From Octopus sinensis (lineage: Eukaryota), in NCBI RefSeq assembly GCF_006345805.1, contig NC_042997.1, positions 202,802,001 through 202,866,000 of the forward strand: a DNA stretch of 64,000 nt, given 5' to 3'. The notes beneath the pieces are model-generated. The model worked only from the letters and a program-made list of their open reading frames with translations, did no database searches and had not been told where the DNA came from. A program made the position numbers and the translations under genes. This document shows positions 1 to 12,672 of the stretch, piece by piece. Within the stretch, counting starts at the first letter, position 1, and each line of letters opens with the position of its first letter.

Positions 1-53
<53 letters not shown>

Positions 54-416
54 TTGTTTGCCTGATGTATGTATGTGTTTATATGTATGTCTATGTACGT
101 GTACTTGTATTATCAGGTAGATGCATGTATATACATAAATACATACAGTCGCATGTGTGTGTACACACATGCGCTCACACACACACACACACACATTTTG
201 ATGTAATCTTTTGAAGCTAAGTGTAAATACAGATATGGATGACATGTGAAAGAGATAAAATATCTAAGCCCAGTTAGCATCAAATTAATATCTTCCAGTT
301 CATATCTTTATATATTAAACACTGAGCAGTTGATTCTTTCTGGGAATCCAGTATAATCTGTATCCTATATATCTTATATGATATATCTGTATGTGAGATT
401 GTATTGCAGCATTTGT

Positions 417-508
417 TTACATCCAAAGTGAATGCAGACTGATCAGAGATGTCTGTTTTCTAAATTTCTCCTTGAGATTAATGACAACTTGTTCAGTCCC
501 TTGGGTGA
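417..508 (-). CDS. Candidate terminal coding exon of an unidentified gene (xTQGTEQVVINLKEKFRKQTSLISLHSLWM*)
   Basis: Non-repetitive island; acceptor gtttttag at 509-516 followed by a 92-nt open frame ending in TAA. No homology recognised; could be chance. Confidence 0.2.
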
Positions 509-941
509 CTAAAAACACTGCACAGACACACACATACATACACATGCATACACATACATACACAGACAGCCAATACACATGCATACACAAAAACATTTAC
601 ACACATACAAATATGCACTGATGAACACATGCACATACACGCATATACATATACATCTGTACAGGCACACCCACATTTATACTCAGACATACACAAACAT
701 ATAAGCACACAATCACACACAGGCATACACAGATGTACACACACATATGATACGCACAGACACATACACATACAAACATACATAGACACTCACACATAGA
801 CATATACATGCACAGGCATACATACACACACAACCACAAACACAGGCTCATACATATACAAACACACACACGCATACACACGCACACACAGATATACACC
901 AATACAACTCCTCCCCCCATATGCACATACAGACAAATATA

Positions 942-1156
942 CCTTTCTACATTAGGCACAAGGCCCGAAATTTTGGGGGAGGGGGACCAGTCGATTCAAT
1001 CGACCTCAGTACGCAACTGGTACTTAATTTATTGACCCTGAAATGGTTAAAGGCAAAGTTGACCTCAGCAGAATTTGAACTCAGAATGTAAAGACAGACG
1101 GAATACTGCTAAGCATTTCACTCGGCATGCTAACGTTTCTACCAGCTCACCACCTT
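942..1156 (-). mobile_element. SINE family B (tRNA-like head AGGTGGTGAGCTGG...GAGTTCAAATTC)
   Basis: A/B-box-like head. Related copies at ~22196-22385, 22490-22660, 23343-23735, 39530-39746, 39937-40130, 40890-41150 and 56308-56490. Confidence 0.8.
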
Positions 1157-1399
1157 CATACAGACAAATATAGATACACTTATACACAGGCACATACATA
1201 CATATACACCCATACAAACTCACACACTGGCACATACATACACCAGTACAAACACATATACACATACGCATACATATACACACACATCATTATCCTCAAC
1301 TTACCATTTTTACATTTCCCTTTTTCCTTACTACTATACATAATATAGGTTAGTTTCAATACATCTCTCCACTTGTCAGCAGTTCTTTTTATTTTTTAT

Positions 1400-1760
1400 A
1401 TTTTGCTTGTTTCAGTTATTAGACTGTGGCCATGCTGGGGCACCACCTTAAAAAATTTTAGCTGAACAAAGCAACCAGAGCACTTATTTTTTGAAAGCCT
1501 GGTACTTTATTGGCCTCTTTTGCCATACTGCTAAGTTACAGGGACATAAACACACGAACATCTGTTGTCATGACATAAACACACACATGCACACACACAC
1601 ACACACATGATGGGCTTCTCTCAGTTTCCATCTACCAAATCCACTCACAAGGCTTTGGTTGACTCGGGATTTTAATAGAAGACACTTGCTCAAAGTGGAA
1701 CTAAACCCAGAATCATTAGATTGGGAAGCAAACTTCTTACCACACAGCCACAACTGTGCC
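1400..1760 (-). mobile_element. SINE family A (tRNA-derived), decayed copy
   Basis: Reverse complement aligns by eye with the full copy at 37634-38037. Confidence 0.75.
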
Positions 1761-1940
1761 ATCATCATCTTGTTTGTGAGACCAGTCTCCTGATCTCAGC
1801 GCTCACCCTTTCTACTCATGTTTTTTTTCATAGGCTCCTTGTACTGAACATCATTTGGCACTTCTTCACCCAGACATCATTCTTTATACAAATCAGATAA
1901 CCAAAACAATCATGTATCCATGCCAGAACAGCTTTCTATT

Positions 1941-2468
1941 TGTATACTACAGCGCGGGCTAAAACTATGCGCCTTCACTAGTCAGTTAAGGTGAGACAGT
2001 GTCACGTGACAACTTGCTGGGGCTGCCTGCTGGAGCCTATGCGGCAGGTATTTAAAGGGAAAAAATTTGATGAGACAGTCAGTCACCGGCTGACACTTGC
2101 TGACGATACATCGAAGAGGCCAGGGAACAGAAGAAAGAAGACATGCACCCAACACCAGAGCTGAAGACACCTCCGAAAGGGGGGCCCCGCCACATCAAAA
2201 CGGTAGAGGAGTAGGGGCCGAAACTGGATGTGGTTCCTCCTGATGATGTCTTGAGCTAACTGGATCCTATAAAGGAGCTGTTGTGGTAGCAGACCACGAA
2301 ACACGGTTGTAATTCCTCCAGCAAACACCTCTTTTGCCATATCTTTGCTGTTCACTTGTGTCTCATTATTCATGCTGATATTATAATATCCAAGGGAGAA
2401 TAAACACCTCATTTCTTTCCAGCTTTAAAACTTCTCATTCAGTGCTTATTGCATATGTGAACCATACA
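1941..2468 (+). mobile_element. Putative solo LTR
   Basis: 528 bp bounded by TGTAT...ATACA; TATA-like TATTTAAA at ~2049; AATAAA at ~2399; higher GC than flanks. No clear TSD. Confidence 0.4.
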
Positions 2469-3269
2469 GTCTGCTCTCCACTAAAAGACAGAAATATTCT
2501 TGTTGTCAACAGACGCAATAGCTCACTGAGCTTTTACCACACTGTCTTTACTCTGCCTGCTATGTTTTCACAACATTTACTTCACTCTGAGAGTGTAGTG
2601 GGTGCTTTTTATGTGCCACCAGCATGGGGGGCCAGTCAGGCAGCACTGGCATTGACCATGTTTGAACAATGCTTTTTACATGCAACCAGCACAGGAGCCA
2701 GTCAGACTCCTATACATCTGCCACATACGAAAGTGTATATATGATAATGATCACCCCATTTTCTCAGATGATATATATATATGATATATATATATGATAA
2801 CGATTACCTCATTTTCTCAGATGATAACCATCTCACATTCAGCCTGATTGTTCTGATTTACATTCATCCTGACTTTTCATACCCTCCATCCATCATGATA
2901 GACCAAGCAATGAAATGATAGTGAAACATCTGTTCATCATTGGATTTAAGTGGCAAAATCTTGTGCAACTTTTATAATTCTCTTGATCATAGTAATAAGT
3001 TTCAGTGACAAGCATTGCATGATGACTGGTACTATTTTGACAGCAAGTCTTATATCAGAGTATCTTTTTTCCAAGAATAGCAGCCTTCCCCATGGCTTTG
3101 TCAAAAATAATGGGAGCGCCTCTACTCTCCTCTCTCTCTCTCTCTCTCTCTCTCACACCAACACACACATTATTATATATATATGTGTATCTGTGTGTGT
3201 TGTGTGTGTGTATATATCTATGCACACACACACACACATATATAATATATAAATATAAATATATATATA

Positions 3270-3603
3270 GCTGTGATACCAGTGCCAGTGGCATGTAAGA
3301 GAACCATCTGAACGTGGCCGTTGCCAGCGCTGCCCCAACTGGCCTCCGTGCTGGTGGAACATAAAAAGCACCATCCGATCCTGGCCATTTGTCAGCCTCA
3401 TCTGGCACCTGTGCCGGTGGCACGCAAAAAGCACCCACTACACTCACGGAGTGGTTGGCATTAGGAAGGGCATCCAGCTGTAGAAACACTGCCAGATCAG
3501 ACTGGGCCTGGTGCAGCCTTCTGGCTTCCCAGACCCCAGTTGAACCGTCCAACCCATGCTAGCATGGAAAGCGGACGTTAAATGATGATGATGATGATGA
3601 TGA
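3270..3603 (+). mobile_element. RTE LINE 3' end (family D), 5'-truncated, (GAT)n tail
   Basis: Conserved block TTAGGAAGGGCATCCAGCTGTAGAAAC...CCAACCCATGCTAGCATGGAAAGCGGACGTTAAA(TGA)n, the same as the 3'UTR of the RTE ORF copy at 27278-28080. Confidence 0.8.
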
Positions 3604-3604
3604 A

Positions 3605-3684
<80 letters not shown>

Positions 3685-3719
3685 ATACACATATATATGA
3701 CAGTATGTCCAAACTTTAC

Positions 3720-3818
3720 TAAGAGCACCCATAATGTTCCAGTCCATTGTGGGAAAGGCACATAATCTGCTTGCATCAGTAAACAACAGGATTCAAGAAA
3801 ACTAGTGACAGTTTGTGT
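3720..3818 (-). CDS. Candidate internal exon (TQTVTSFLESCCLLMQADYVPFPQWTGTLWVLL)
   Basis: Acceptor ttgttttgcag, 99 nt, phase 0-0, donor GTAAAG, only one open frame. Product not recognised. Confidence 0.25.
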
Positions 3819-4002
3819 CTGCAAAACAATGAGTATATGTAAACTGTTTAAAACTAGAGTAAACTGATTTCTCAAGAAGGAAGAACAGTCTACGGTTTTA
3901 TGAAGAAATACCATTCACCAAGAATGAATGGTACTGCCTGAAATGGTAGACTTTATTTCTTTCTCATAATAAACCAATTTATTCCAATTTTGGTCTGCTT
4001 AC

Positions 4003-4040
4003 TTTAGTCTGGCTAACATATACACTCCAAGGACATGCAG
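4003..4040 (-). other. Candidate 38-nt exon
   Basis: Good acceptor (attatttttacag) and donor (AAA|gtaagc); followed by a 65-nt candidate intron ending catttcag at 3938. Confidence 0.3.
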
Positions 4041-4270
4041 CTGTAAAAATAATGATATACAAAATATATTGCATATACAGTTTTGAGAATGAAGAAGAAA
4101 GCAGCTTATTTTAATAACTGAAAACATTATTTTAGACCATGAATAAATTTTGAAAAACAGTTATAAAATAGGTACTGTTGATTTGCATATTATTTGCATA
4201 TATGTTACTATTTTTATTTAGAAATAGAGCAATGTAGGTATTTTATCCACCTTTAACACCAAATTTAATG

Positions 4271-4301
<31 letters not shown>

Positions 4302-4508
4302 TTAGGTATAATTTAGTGAGTGACAGGATATTTGATACTTTTAATGCCCTATATAGGCTGGGAGTTATTAGTAGTGTCACAGCAGCTTGTCTGGGACTGA
4401 TTATATTATAAAAACATTCATGAGGATTTTGTATGCGTGTATGTGTGCATGTGCGTCTGTGTACTGATGCTTGTAAGTGCATGAGTGTGTAAGTCCTTTT
4501 ATATACAT

Positions 4509-4903
4509 ACTAGCAGTATCGCCCGGCGTTGCTCGGTTTGTAAGGGAAATAATTATATAAGCATTTTTAGAGATGTAAAGTATAATAGCCATCTCAATAT
4601 GGCTAACCACAAAGGGGGAGGGGTGTTACTGTAGCTTTTTACGTTCTGAGATTTAATAATAAATTTTAGAGAGTTACTTCCCTTATATATGTCAAAAATG
4701 GATTAAAAATGGGAAAAATTGATGGTAAATTTTTTTTTAATCGTAGACTCATCGTAGACGCGCGCTAATACCCAGACGGTCTCGATATGAATCACGACTA
4801 TAAGATACCCGGTTTTGGTTAAACTGCACCGCAAAATGTGGGAGTAGTTAGGAATCTAAATCGTAGGAGACAGACACACAACCTCACTTTTATATATAAA
4901 GAT
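4509..4903 (+). mobile_element. Non-autonomous Helentron/HINE (DINE-1-like) element
   Basis: Ends ACTAGCAG...CCCGGCGTTGCTCGG and ...CTTTTATATATAAAGAT resemble HINE termini; CpG retained. Confidence 0.6.
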
Positions 4904-4989
4904 TTCCTCTATTTACATAATATTGAGGTCTCTTTCTTTCTTTTGTTATCTTACTGTTTTTACCAATATACATATATATATATATATAT

Positions 4990-5307
4990 AGTTACAGAGA
5001 TGTACTTGCATAGCAAGTGACTTGATCTGAGATCGTGTGCTGGAACGAAAACAGTTGCAGCGTTGAAGGTGTTTATAAGCCATTTAAGAAACACACAAAA
5101 CCGTTAGATTCACTTCAACATTTAAATTTAATTTGTGAAAATATTTTCGTCGCTTTGAGACCGCGACCTGTTAGCACGATATTTTTGTCAGTGAACAGGT
5201 CGCGGTCTGAAAGCGATGAAAATATTTTGGCAAATTAAATTTAAATGTTGAAGTGAATGTAACGGTTTTTGTGTGTTTCTTAAATGGCTTACAAACACCT
5301 TCCACGC
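4990..5307. mobile_element. Penelope-type pLTR fold-back element (inverted arms 5060-5172 / 5194-5307)
   Basis: ~113-bp inverted repeat between (TA)n tracts; carries a hammerhead motif. Confidence 0.6.
5184..5234 (+). ncRNA. Minimal type-I hammerhead motif, G3-C8 core variant
   Basis: Stem I UUUGUCA/UGGCAAA; core GUGAACA; stem II GUCGC/GCGAU (GCGAC in the mirror arm); GAAA; palindromic AAUAUU stem III; NUH = UUU. Confidence 0.6.
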
Positions 5308-5677
5308 ATATATATATATATACACACATATATATATATGTATGTATGTATGTATGTGTGTATATGTGTATGCATGTATGTGTGTGTGTGTGCGTGTCTG
5401 TGCTTGTGATTGTCCTCCACCACTGCTTGACAACGAATGTTGGTTTGTTTACATCCCTGTCACCTAGTGGTTTGACAAAGGAAACAGATAGAATAAGTAC
5501 AATGCTTACAAAAATAAAACTGGAGTTGATTCATTAAACTACAATTCTTCAAGGCATTGCCCCAGCATGGCCACAGACCAATGGCTGGAAAAAGCAGAAG
5601 AATAAAAGAATACATTCTCTGCTTTGGTCTTATGTTCAAGGCATGAGAAAGCTTGAGTTTACATGAGAAGGCCTAAC

Positions 5678-6160
5678 AGACCTGGTAGAAACAGCAGCCA
5701 AATCTCCCTCAAATCACACCTTACTGTCTTATGTATGTATATATATATGAGCCAATGAGGGGGACCTCTACATGGTAGCTAGACCTGGTAGAAATAGCAG
5801 CCAAATTTCCCCCAAATCACACCTTACTGTCTTATCTATGTATATATGTATGTATGAGCCTATGAGGGAGACCCCTACATGGCAGCTAGACCTGGTAGAA
5901 ATAGCAGCCAAATTTCCCCCAAATCACACCTTACTGTCTTATCTATGTATATATGTATGTATGAGCCTATGAGGGAGACCCCTACATGGCAGCTAGACCT
6001 GGTAGAAATAGCAGCCAAATTTCCCCCAAATCACACCTTACTGTCTTATCTATGTATATATGTATGTATGAGCCTATTAGGGAGACCCCTACATGGCAGC
6101 TAGACATGGTAGAAATAGCAGCCAAATCTCCCTCAAATCACACCTTACTGTCTTATCTTT
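5678..6160 (+). repeat. Tandem array, 107-bp unit, ~4.5 copies
   Basis: GACC/ATGGTAGAAA recurs at 5679, 5782, 5889, 5996 and 6103; central units near-identical. Confidence 0.9.
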
Positions 6161-6169
6161 CTGCTACTT

Positions 6170-6660
6170 GGATATAGGTGTTATATTCGTCGTAAAAAAA
6201 CTTTCCTGTCACACACTCACGCACACGCACACACACACACACACACACGCACCCTCACACACGCACACACCCACACACACCCACTCACACACACGCACGT
6301 TAGCTTACAATTTTATTTATATATTTGCGTGTCTGTGTGGAAAGAGGAAGTGGGAGGCAGAGTGAAAGAATCACTCACTACAGTAAGTCAATTACTTTCA
6401 TTTTATTCGTTGCCCACTGTGCGTGTGCGTTTGCATGTGCTGTAAACCAGACTAAGAAAAGCATTTGACACACACCAGAATGTGAGTTTTCTGTAATTTT
6501 GCTTAACTGGAGTTTAAATTTTAAAAACTGGACCTGGCATGACGCGATGCATTGTACTCTTAAAAATGCAAGGTAAATTGTAATTGAAGAAATCCTATAT
6601 TGTAGATTTGTATAACTCCCAAAGGGAGGCAGATAAAATCTGCCTTTTATAATAAGAGAT
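6170..6660 (+). mobile_element. Second HINE/Helentron-like element
   Basis: Internal (CA)n, subterminal hairpin AGGCAGAT-aaa-ATCTGCCT, 3' end TTTATAATAAGAGAT. Confidence 0.5.
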
Positions 6661-7097
6661 AAATATGCTTCTATACTAATATATATATATATATATATAT
6701 ATTCATATCATCATCATCATCATCGTTTAACGTCCGTTTTCCGCGCTAGCACGGGACATATATATATATATATATACATATGTGTATATATATATATATA
6801 TATATACACATGTGTATATATATATATATATACACACGTATATATATATATATGTATATTATCAATAATAACAAAGGGTAAAATTAATTAATTAACTAGT
6901 AATCAATAATTTCACCAAGTAGAATTCGGCATGAAAAGGGACCATTTTTCAGTAAAAATGTATATCATCATCATCATCATCATCATTGTTTAACGACCAT
7001 TTTCCATGCTGGCAGGAGCTGGATAGTTCGACAGGGGCTGGCTTGGCAGAGGACTGCACCATATGAATACATACAACACATACATAGATACAGAGAG

Positions 7098-7134
<37 letters not shown>

Positions 7135-7565
7135 AGACACACACATAAACACAGTTACACATGCAGATAATAAAAAAAAACAAAAATATACAGAAAGAAA
7201 AAAGTCAGAAGAAAATAGCAATCACACACCTCAACCGCCAAATTGATGAATTATAGCCCATCTCCTTCTTCAATTAAAAACTGACATCCAGTTACCAGCT
7301 CAAACCCATATTCACTGTCTTTATATGTTTGTTGCATGCGTAATCAGATAAATTCTATATTTGTTCTATTGTAGTATTGTGTGGTGTCAACTAAACTGAT
7401 AAAATTTTAGACACATTCAAATGATTGACAGTTGGTATCCTACAGTCACACCAGTAATAGTAGATATATAGGCAAATATTTAACTCTCAGTAGACTATAC
7501 TCATACATGCAAAGGAAAAGGTACTCAACACATTTACTGAGTCCTACATATATAATAATGATGGT

Positions 7566-7735
7566 AGGCACAGATGTGGCTGTGTTGTAAGAAGCTTGAT
7601 TCCCAACCACATGGTTCCAGGTTCAGTCCCACTGTGTGGCACTTTGGGCAAGTGTCTTCTACTATAGCCTTGGGCTGATCAAATCCTTGTGAGTGGATTT
7701 GGTTGAGGGAAATTGAAAGAAGCCCATCTCGTATA
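7566..7735 (+). mobile_element. SINE family A, 5' half
   Basis: TGGCTGTGTTGTAAG A-box-like and GGTTCAGTCCC B-box-like motifs. Confidence 0.8.
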
Positions 7736-7740
7736 TATAG

Positions 7741-8074
7741 TAGTGACCCCCTTCGGTCAGACACTGACCATGGGTTTGCACCTAGAGAGTTACTCTCTGA
7801 GGCACAAGTCTGGGCAAGGTTGTTTCATGGAAGACCAGCAGTCGCCCATGCATACCGGCCTCCCCTCTCCACGTCACCGATGTTGTCCAAGGGAAAGGCA
7901 AGGGCTGATACAGCTTAGCACCTGTGACGTCGCAACTCATTTCTACAGCTGAGTGAACTGGAGCAACGTGAAATAAAGTGTCTTGCTACAACACAACACG
8001 CAGCCCAGTCCGGGATTCGAGCTCACAACCTCACGATCGTAAGCTCGACGCTCTAACCACTGAGCCACGCGCCT
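7741..8074 (-). mobile_element. SINE family C (tRNA head GGCGCGTGGCTCAGTGGTTAGAGCG), young copy
   Basis: Clear A box and B-box-like GAGCTCGAATCCC; CpG intact. Older copies at 46095-46432 (-) and ~21715-21990 (+). Confidence 0.8.
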
Positions 8075-8095
8075 ATATATATATATATATATATA

Positions 8096-8590
8096 TGTGG
8101 AAGAGGTAGACCCAGGAAGTTCTGGGATGCGGTGGTGAAGCATGACCTTCGCATGCTGGGCCTCACAGAGGGGATGACAAGTAACCGAGACATTTGGAGA
8201 GATGCTGTGCTTGACAAGACCTGGCAACCCAAGTGAGGCCATAACCATGGACTATGCCAGTACAGCATAACCGGCCCATTTAAGAGTACCACCTGATTGG
8301 CACCATGCCGGTGGCACGTAAAAAGCACCATTTGAGCCTGATTGTTACCAGTGTTGCCTGACTGGCTCCTATGTCCTGATTAGCCCTCATGCTGGTGGCA
8401 CGTAAAAAGCACTCACTATACTCTCAGAATGGTTGGTGTTAGGAAGGGCATCCAGCTGTAGAAACACTGCCAGATCAGACTGGGCCTGGTGCAGCCTTCT
8501 GGCTTCCCAGACTCCAGTTGAACCATCCAACCCATGCTAGCATGGAGAGCAGACGTTAAACGATGATGATGATGATGATGATGCTGATGA
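8096..8590 (+). mobile_element. RTE LINE 3' fragment (ORF C-terminus GRGRPRKFWDAVVKHDLR plus family D 3'UTR)
   Basis: Homologous to 27278-28080; (GAT)n tail. Confidence 0.8.
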
Positions 8591-8622
8591 TATAGATATG
8601 TATATATACATACATATTAATA

Positions 8623-9026
8623 ACAATTGAATTTTTCCTTTTTTATTTTATATTGCGTCTAGCCACCTTTGTTATTTAATAATTTTCACATTACCATTTT
8701 GCTGAATCTTCCATTGATCTATATGGTAAATACTATATGCTGACAGGTAGGATTTAGCTTAAGCATAAACAATGGAGTAGTCAGTACTGATGAGCTTTAA
8801 TTCCAAGCAAAACTAGCTTGCTAGTATAGTGATCTCGTTGCTGAGTGGCAGTTATCTCCCTTGTCAGCATATAGATAATGTGCTTCTTGTGGCTATAAGG
8901 GTCTTTGACTCTTGTTTCTAGCAATGTAGGTGCTACACTGCACACTCAGTCACTTTTAGTGACAATTGAATTTTTCCTTTTTGGTTTTATATTGCATGTA
9001 GCCATCTTCACTATTTAAAAATTTTC

Positions 9027-9030
<4 letters not shown>
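8623..9030 (+). mobile_element. Retrozyme/pLTR-like element, 339-nt period, ~69-nt terminal direct repeats
   Basis: ACAATTGAATTTTTCC... at 8623 and 8962; central hammerhead motif; between microsatellites. Confidence 0.6.
8781..8832 (+). ncRNA. Type-I hammerhead motif (G12A lesion)
   Basis: UCAGUA-CUGAUGA-GCUU(uaauucc)AAGC-AAAA-CUAG(cuug)CUAG-UA-UAGUGA. All three stems present; GAAA reads AAAA, consistent with CpG decay. Confidence 0.7.
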
Positions 9031-9061
<31 letters not shown>

Positions 9062-9308
9062 TATATACATATATAAAAACAATAATATATATGCACATAT
9101 TTGTGTATATATTACTTAGATAACTTAGATATGTTTCGACCAAAGATAGGGCCAGGTCTAAACTAGTAGTACCACCAGATGATATGTATATGTGTATATA
9201 TGTACATCTATCTATCTGTCTGTCTGTGTGTATGTATGTATGTATGTATGTATGTATGTATGTATGTATGTGTGTGTATATATATGTATATATATATATG
9301 TATATATA

Positions 9309-9383
<75 letters not shown>

Positions 9384-9584
9384 TCATCATCATCATCGTC
9401 GTTTAACGTCCGTTCTCCATGCTAGCATGGGTTATATATATATATATATATGTTAATTTGCAGGAGATTTGATTGGAAAAGATTTGATCAGAGTGCTTTC
9501 CATACATTTTTGATCAAATCTCCTGCAACTTAACACGGGATCCCTTGACGGATGATGATGATATATATATCATTTGTTGTGATA

Positions 9585-9903
9585 CCCATGCTGGTGGCAT
9601 GTAAAAAGCACCATCCAAACATGGCTGATGCCAGCGCCACCTTGACTGGCATCCATGCTGGTGACACGTAAAAAAACACCAACCGATCGTGGCTGTTGCC
9701 AGCCTCCTGTGGCTCCTGTGCTGGTGGCACGTAAAAAGCACCCACTACACTCATGGAGTGGTTGGCGTTAGGAATGGCATCCAGCTGAGAAACAATGTCA
9801 GATCAGACTGGAGCCTGGTGCAGCCTCCTGGCTTCCCAGACCCCAATCGAACCGTTCATGCTAGCATGGAAAACTGACGTTAAACGATGATGATGATGAT
9901 GAT
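9585..9903 (+). mobile_element. RTE 3' end (family D)
   Basis: Same conserved block and (GAT)n tail. Confidence 0.8.
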
Positions 9904-9911
9904 ATATATAT

Positions 9912-9964
<53 letters not shown>

Positions 9965-10126
9965 ATATATATAATATATATGTGTATATTGACATTTGTT
10001 TTTATAATACTTTTTGTATTATTCTTTAACATATATAGATAATCCATCACTGGACAATCTGATGATGACTTTGAAGTCACTGTCAATACTATTCTTGTTT
10101 TAGGATAATAAATATATATGTTTATG

Positions 10127-10166
<40 letters not shown>

Positions 10167-10366
10167 CTGTTTATTGCTTTGGTCATTTGGATGTGGCCAT
10201 GGTGGAGCACCACTTTGAATGGTTATAGTTGAAGAAATCAACCCCTAGTACTTATTCTATTGGTCACTTTTGCTGAACAGCTAAATTATGGTGACATAAA
10301 TACACCACCATCAGTTGTCAAGTGATGGTGGGGGTACAAACACAGACATACTCACATAAATATATA

Positions 10367-10582
10367 CAGGGGTTGGACAAAATAATGGAAACACCTTAAA
10401 ATTTCAAAAAATTAATTTTAATATGGGGTAGGACCACCTTTGGAGGTATTTACAGTTTGAATTCTATGAAGTATGGACTCATATTCTACGAAGTAAGTAC
10501 AATGTTTGAATTGTTTCCAAAGGAATTTTTGTCCATTCTTCAGCTAAAACAAACTCCAGTTCTAGTAGTGATGATGTCAACT
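10367..10582. mobile_element. Tc1-like DNA transposon terminal fragment
   Basis: TA followed by CAGGGGTTGGACAAAATAATGGAAACACC, a Tc1-type TIR start; truncated next to a family D copy. Confidence 0.5.
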
Positions 10583-10589
10583 ATATATA

Positions 10590-10940
10590 TGGCCGATGCC
10601 AGCGCCGCCTCGACTGGCTTCTGTGTCGGTGGGACGTAAAAAGCAGCATCCGAATCGTGTCCGAAGCCAGTGCCGCCTTGACTGGCTTCCGTGCCAGTGG
10701 CATGTAAAATGCACCAATCCGACCGTGGCTGATGCCAGCCTCGCCTGGCACCAGTGCAGGTGGCACGTAAAAAGCACCCACTACACTCACGGAGTGGTTG
10801 GCGTTAGGAAGGGCATCCAGCTGTAGAAACATTGCCAGATAAGACCGGAGCATGGTGCAGCCTTCTGGCTTCCCAGATCCCCAGTCGAACCGTCCAACCC
10901 ATGCTAGCATGGAGAACGGACGTTAAACGATGATGATGAT
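10590..10940 (+). mobile_element. RTE 3' end (family D), young copy
   Basis: CpG-rich internal repeats, conserved block, (GAT)n tail. Confidence 0.85.
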
Positions 10941-11427
10941 ATATTATATATATATATATATATATATACGCTCATATAGGTGAGCACATCACTCAGTCAA
11001 CCTTCTCCTCATTTCTTCCACCACAGTTCTCCAGCCTGCCCCTTACCCCACCACCTGATGCTGCTTTTCTCCCTTGCTATCCAGAACCATCACCCTTGTT
11101 AGTCATTCTCCATCTATTAATATTGTTCTCTGCATCTATATGTTACATTGGCCTTCCCATAGCCCCCTCCCTGGAACACTAAATTATTTCTCCTCATGCA
11201 CTATGCCTGTCTAGCTCTCTGCTTTGTGTCTGCAGTCTACCCAAATATGTTATCTCTCTTCTTCCCTTGTCAAAGGTATCATCATTACTACCCTGCTGCT
11301 AGCATTTCTGTAGCCTCCCCAACTCATGCATTCCCTCCTTCAAGTTTTCCAATCTTTACAGATGTTGCCTTCCTCTTTCTCACTGCCCCTATTTCTTGCC
11401 CCATTACACTCTTGCAAACCCCCATTG

Positions 11428-11462
11428 CTACTACTACCACCACCACCACCACCACCACCACC

Positions 11463-11518
<56 letters not shown>

Positions 11519-11543
11519 CACCACCACCACCACCACCACCACC

Positions 11544-11574
<31 letters not shown>
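11428..11574. repeat. Compound (CTA)n/(CCA)n microsatellite
   Basis: Alternating pure tracts; source of the poly-T/P/H/V/G ORFs. Confidence 0.95.
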
Positions 11575-12452
11575 TGTGAGGTGCCACTTGGACACTTTGT
11601 CACCACTGTCTATCTCTATGGCGATAGCACAAATTCATCTTGGCTCTCTTAAATGTGAGTAATCATGTAGCAACTTTTCAACAAGAACCTGCTCTACCAC
11701 AACATCTTCCCCAACAACTTAACCCCTGTCAAACCTTAGGACACAGCACCCTTTCTCCTGGGTTTTATAAAATTGCGAGCAATATGGTGGTCTCAAACAG
11801 GGCTGGTAGCTTGAAAAAGGTACCCAGTACATGCTGTAAAATGGTTGGTGTTAAGGAACAGCATTCAACTATTGAAACCATGCCAAAGCAAACACAGGAG
11901 CTTCATGCAGTTCTTGGACTCATCAGATCCTTGTCAAACCGTCCAACACATGCCAACATGGAATATGGACATTGAATGATGATGATGTATACACACATGC
12001 ACATACACACACTCACACACATAGCATACAAGATGGAAAAAGTTCTACCATTGCCTATGCATGTGTGTATGTGTGTGTGTGTGTGTGTATATATATACAT
12101 GACCTTGTTTAAGTGTGTTTCTATTTACATATTTTGGAAGTGAGGCTGCAGAATCCTTAGAGCTTTCCATTCTCTGAGTTCAAATCTTGTCAAAGTCAAC
12201 TTTATTTTCAGCGCCTATTGGTGTCAATATATAAAATATGTCAAGTGCTGGTGCAGCTCTTCTTCTCTCCAGCTGTCACATCTTGAATACTTTTCTGAAT
12301 CAAGGGTGGCAGGAATAAGAGAATATGCGTGTTTGCTTGCAACTACTTGAACACTTAAAGTTATTACTGAAAATTTGATAGACATGCTGATACCAAATCA
12401 TATTATATATATATATATATATATAATATATATATATATATACATACATATA

Positions 12453-12550
<98 letters not shown>

Positions 12551-12564
12551 CATACATACATACA

Positions 12565-12596
<32 letters not shown>

Positions 12597-12597
12597 C

Positions 12598-12672
<75 letters not shown>

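Noticed and set aside
493-1348. Cys/Val/Tyr/His-rich ORFs here and at 9.2, 12.4, 24.2 and 48.3-50.9 kb
   Set aside because: Translations of (CA)n, (TA)n and (TACA)n microsatellites.
4181-4199. Two octamer motifs ATTTGCAT
   Set aside because: Expected by chance in AT-rich DNA; no snRNA gene or PSE seen nearby.
8005-8074. tRNA gene
   Set aside because: tRNA-like head continues into a SINE body and has dispersed relatives; no proper acceptor stem or terminator.
11428-11574. Mucin-like poly-Thr ORF 11196-11579
   Set aside because: Pure trinucleotide tract without exon support.
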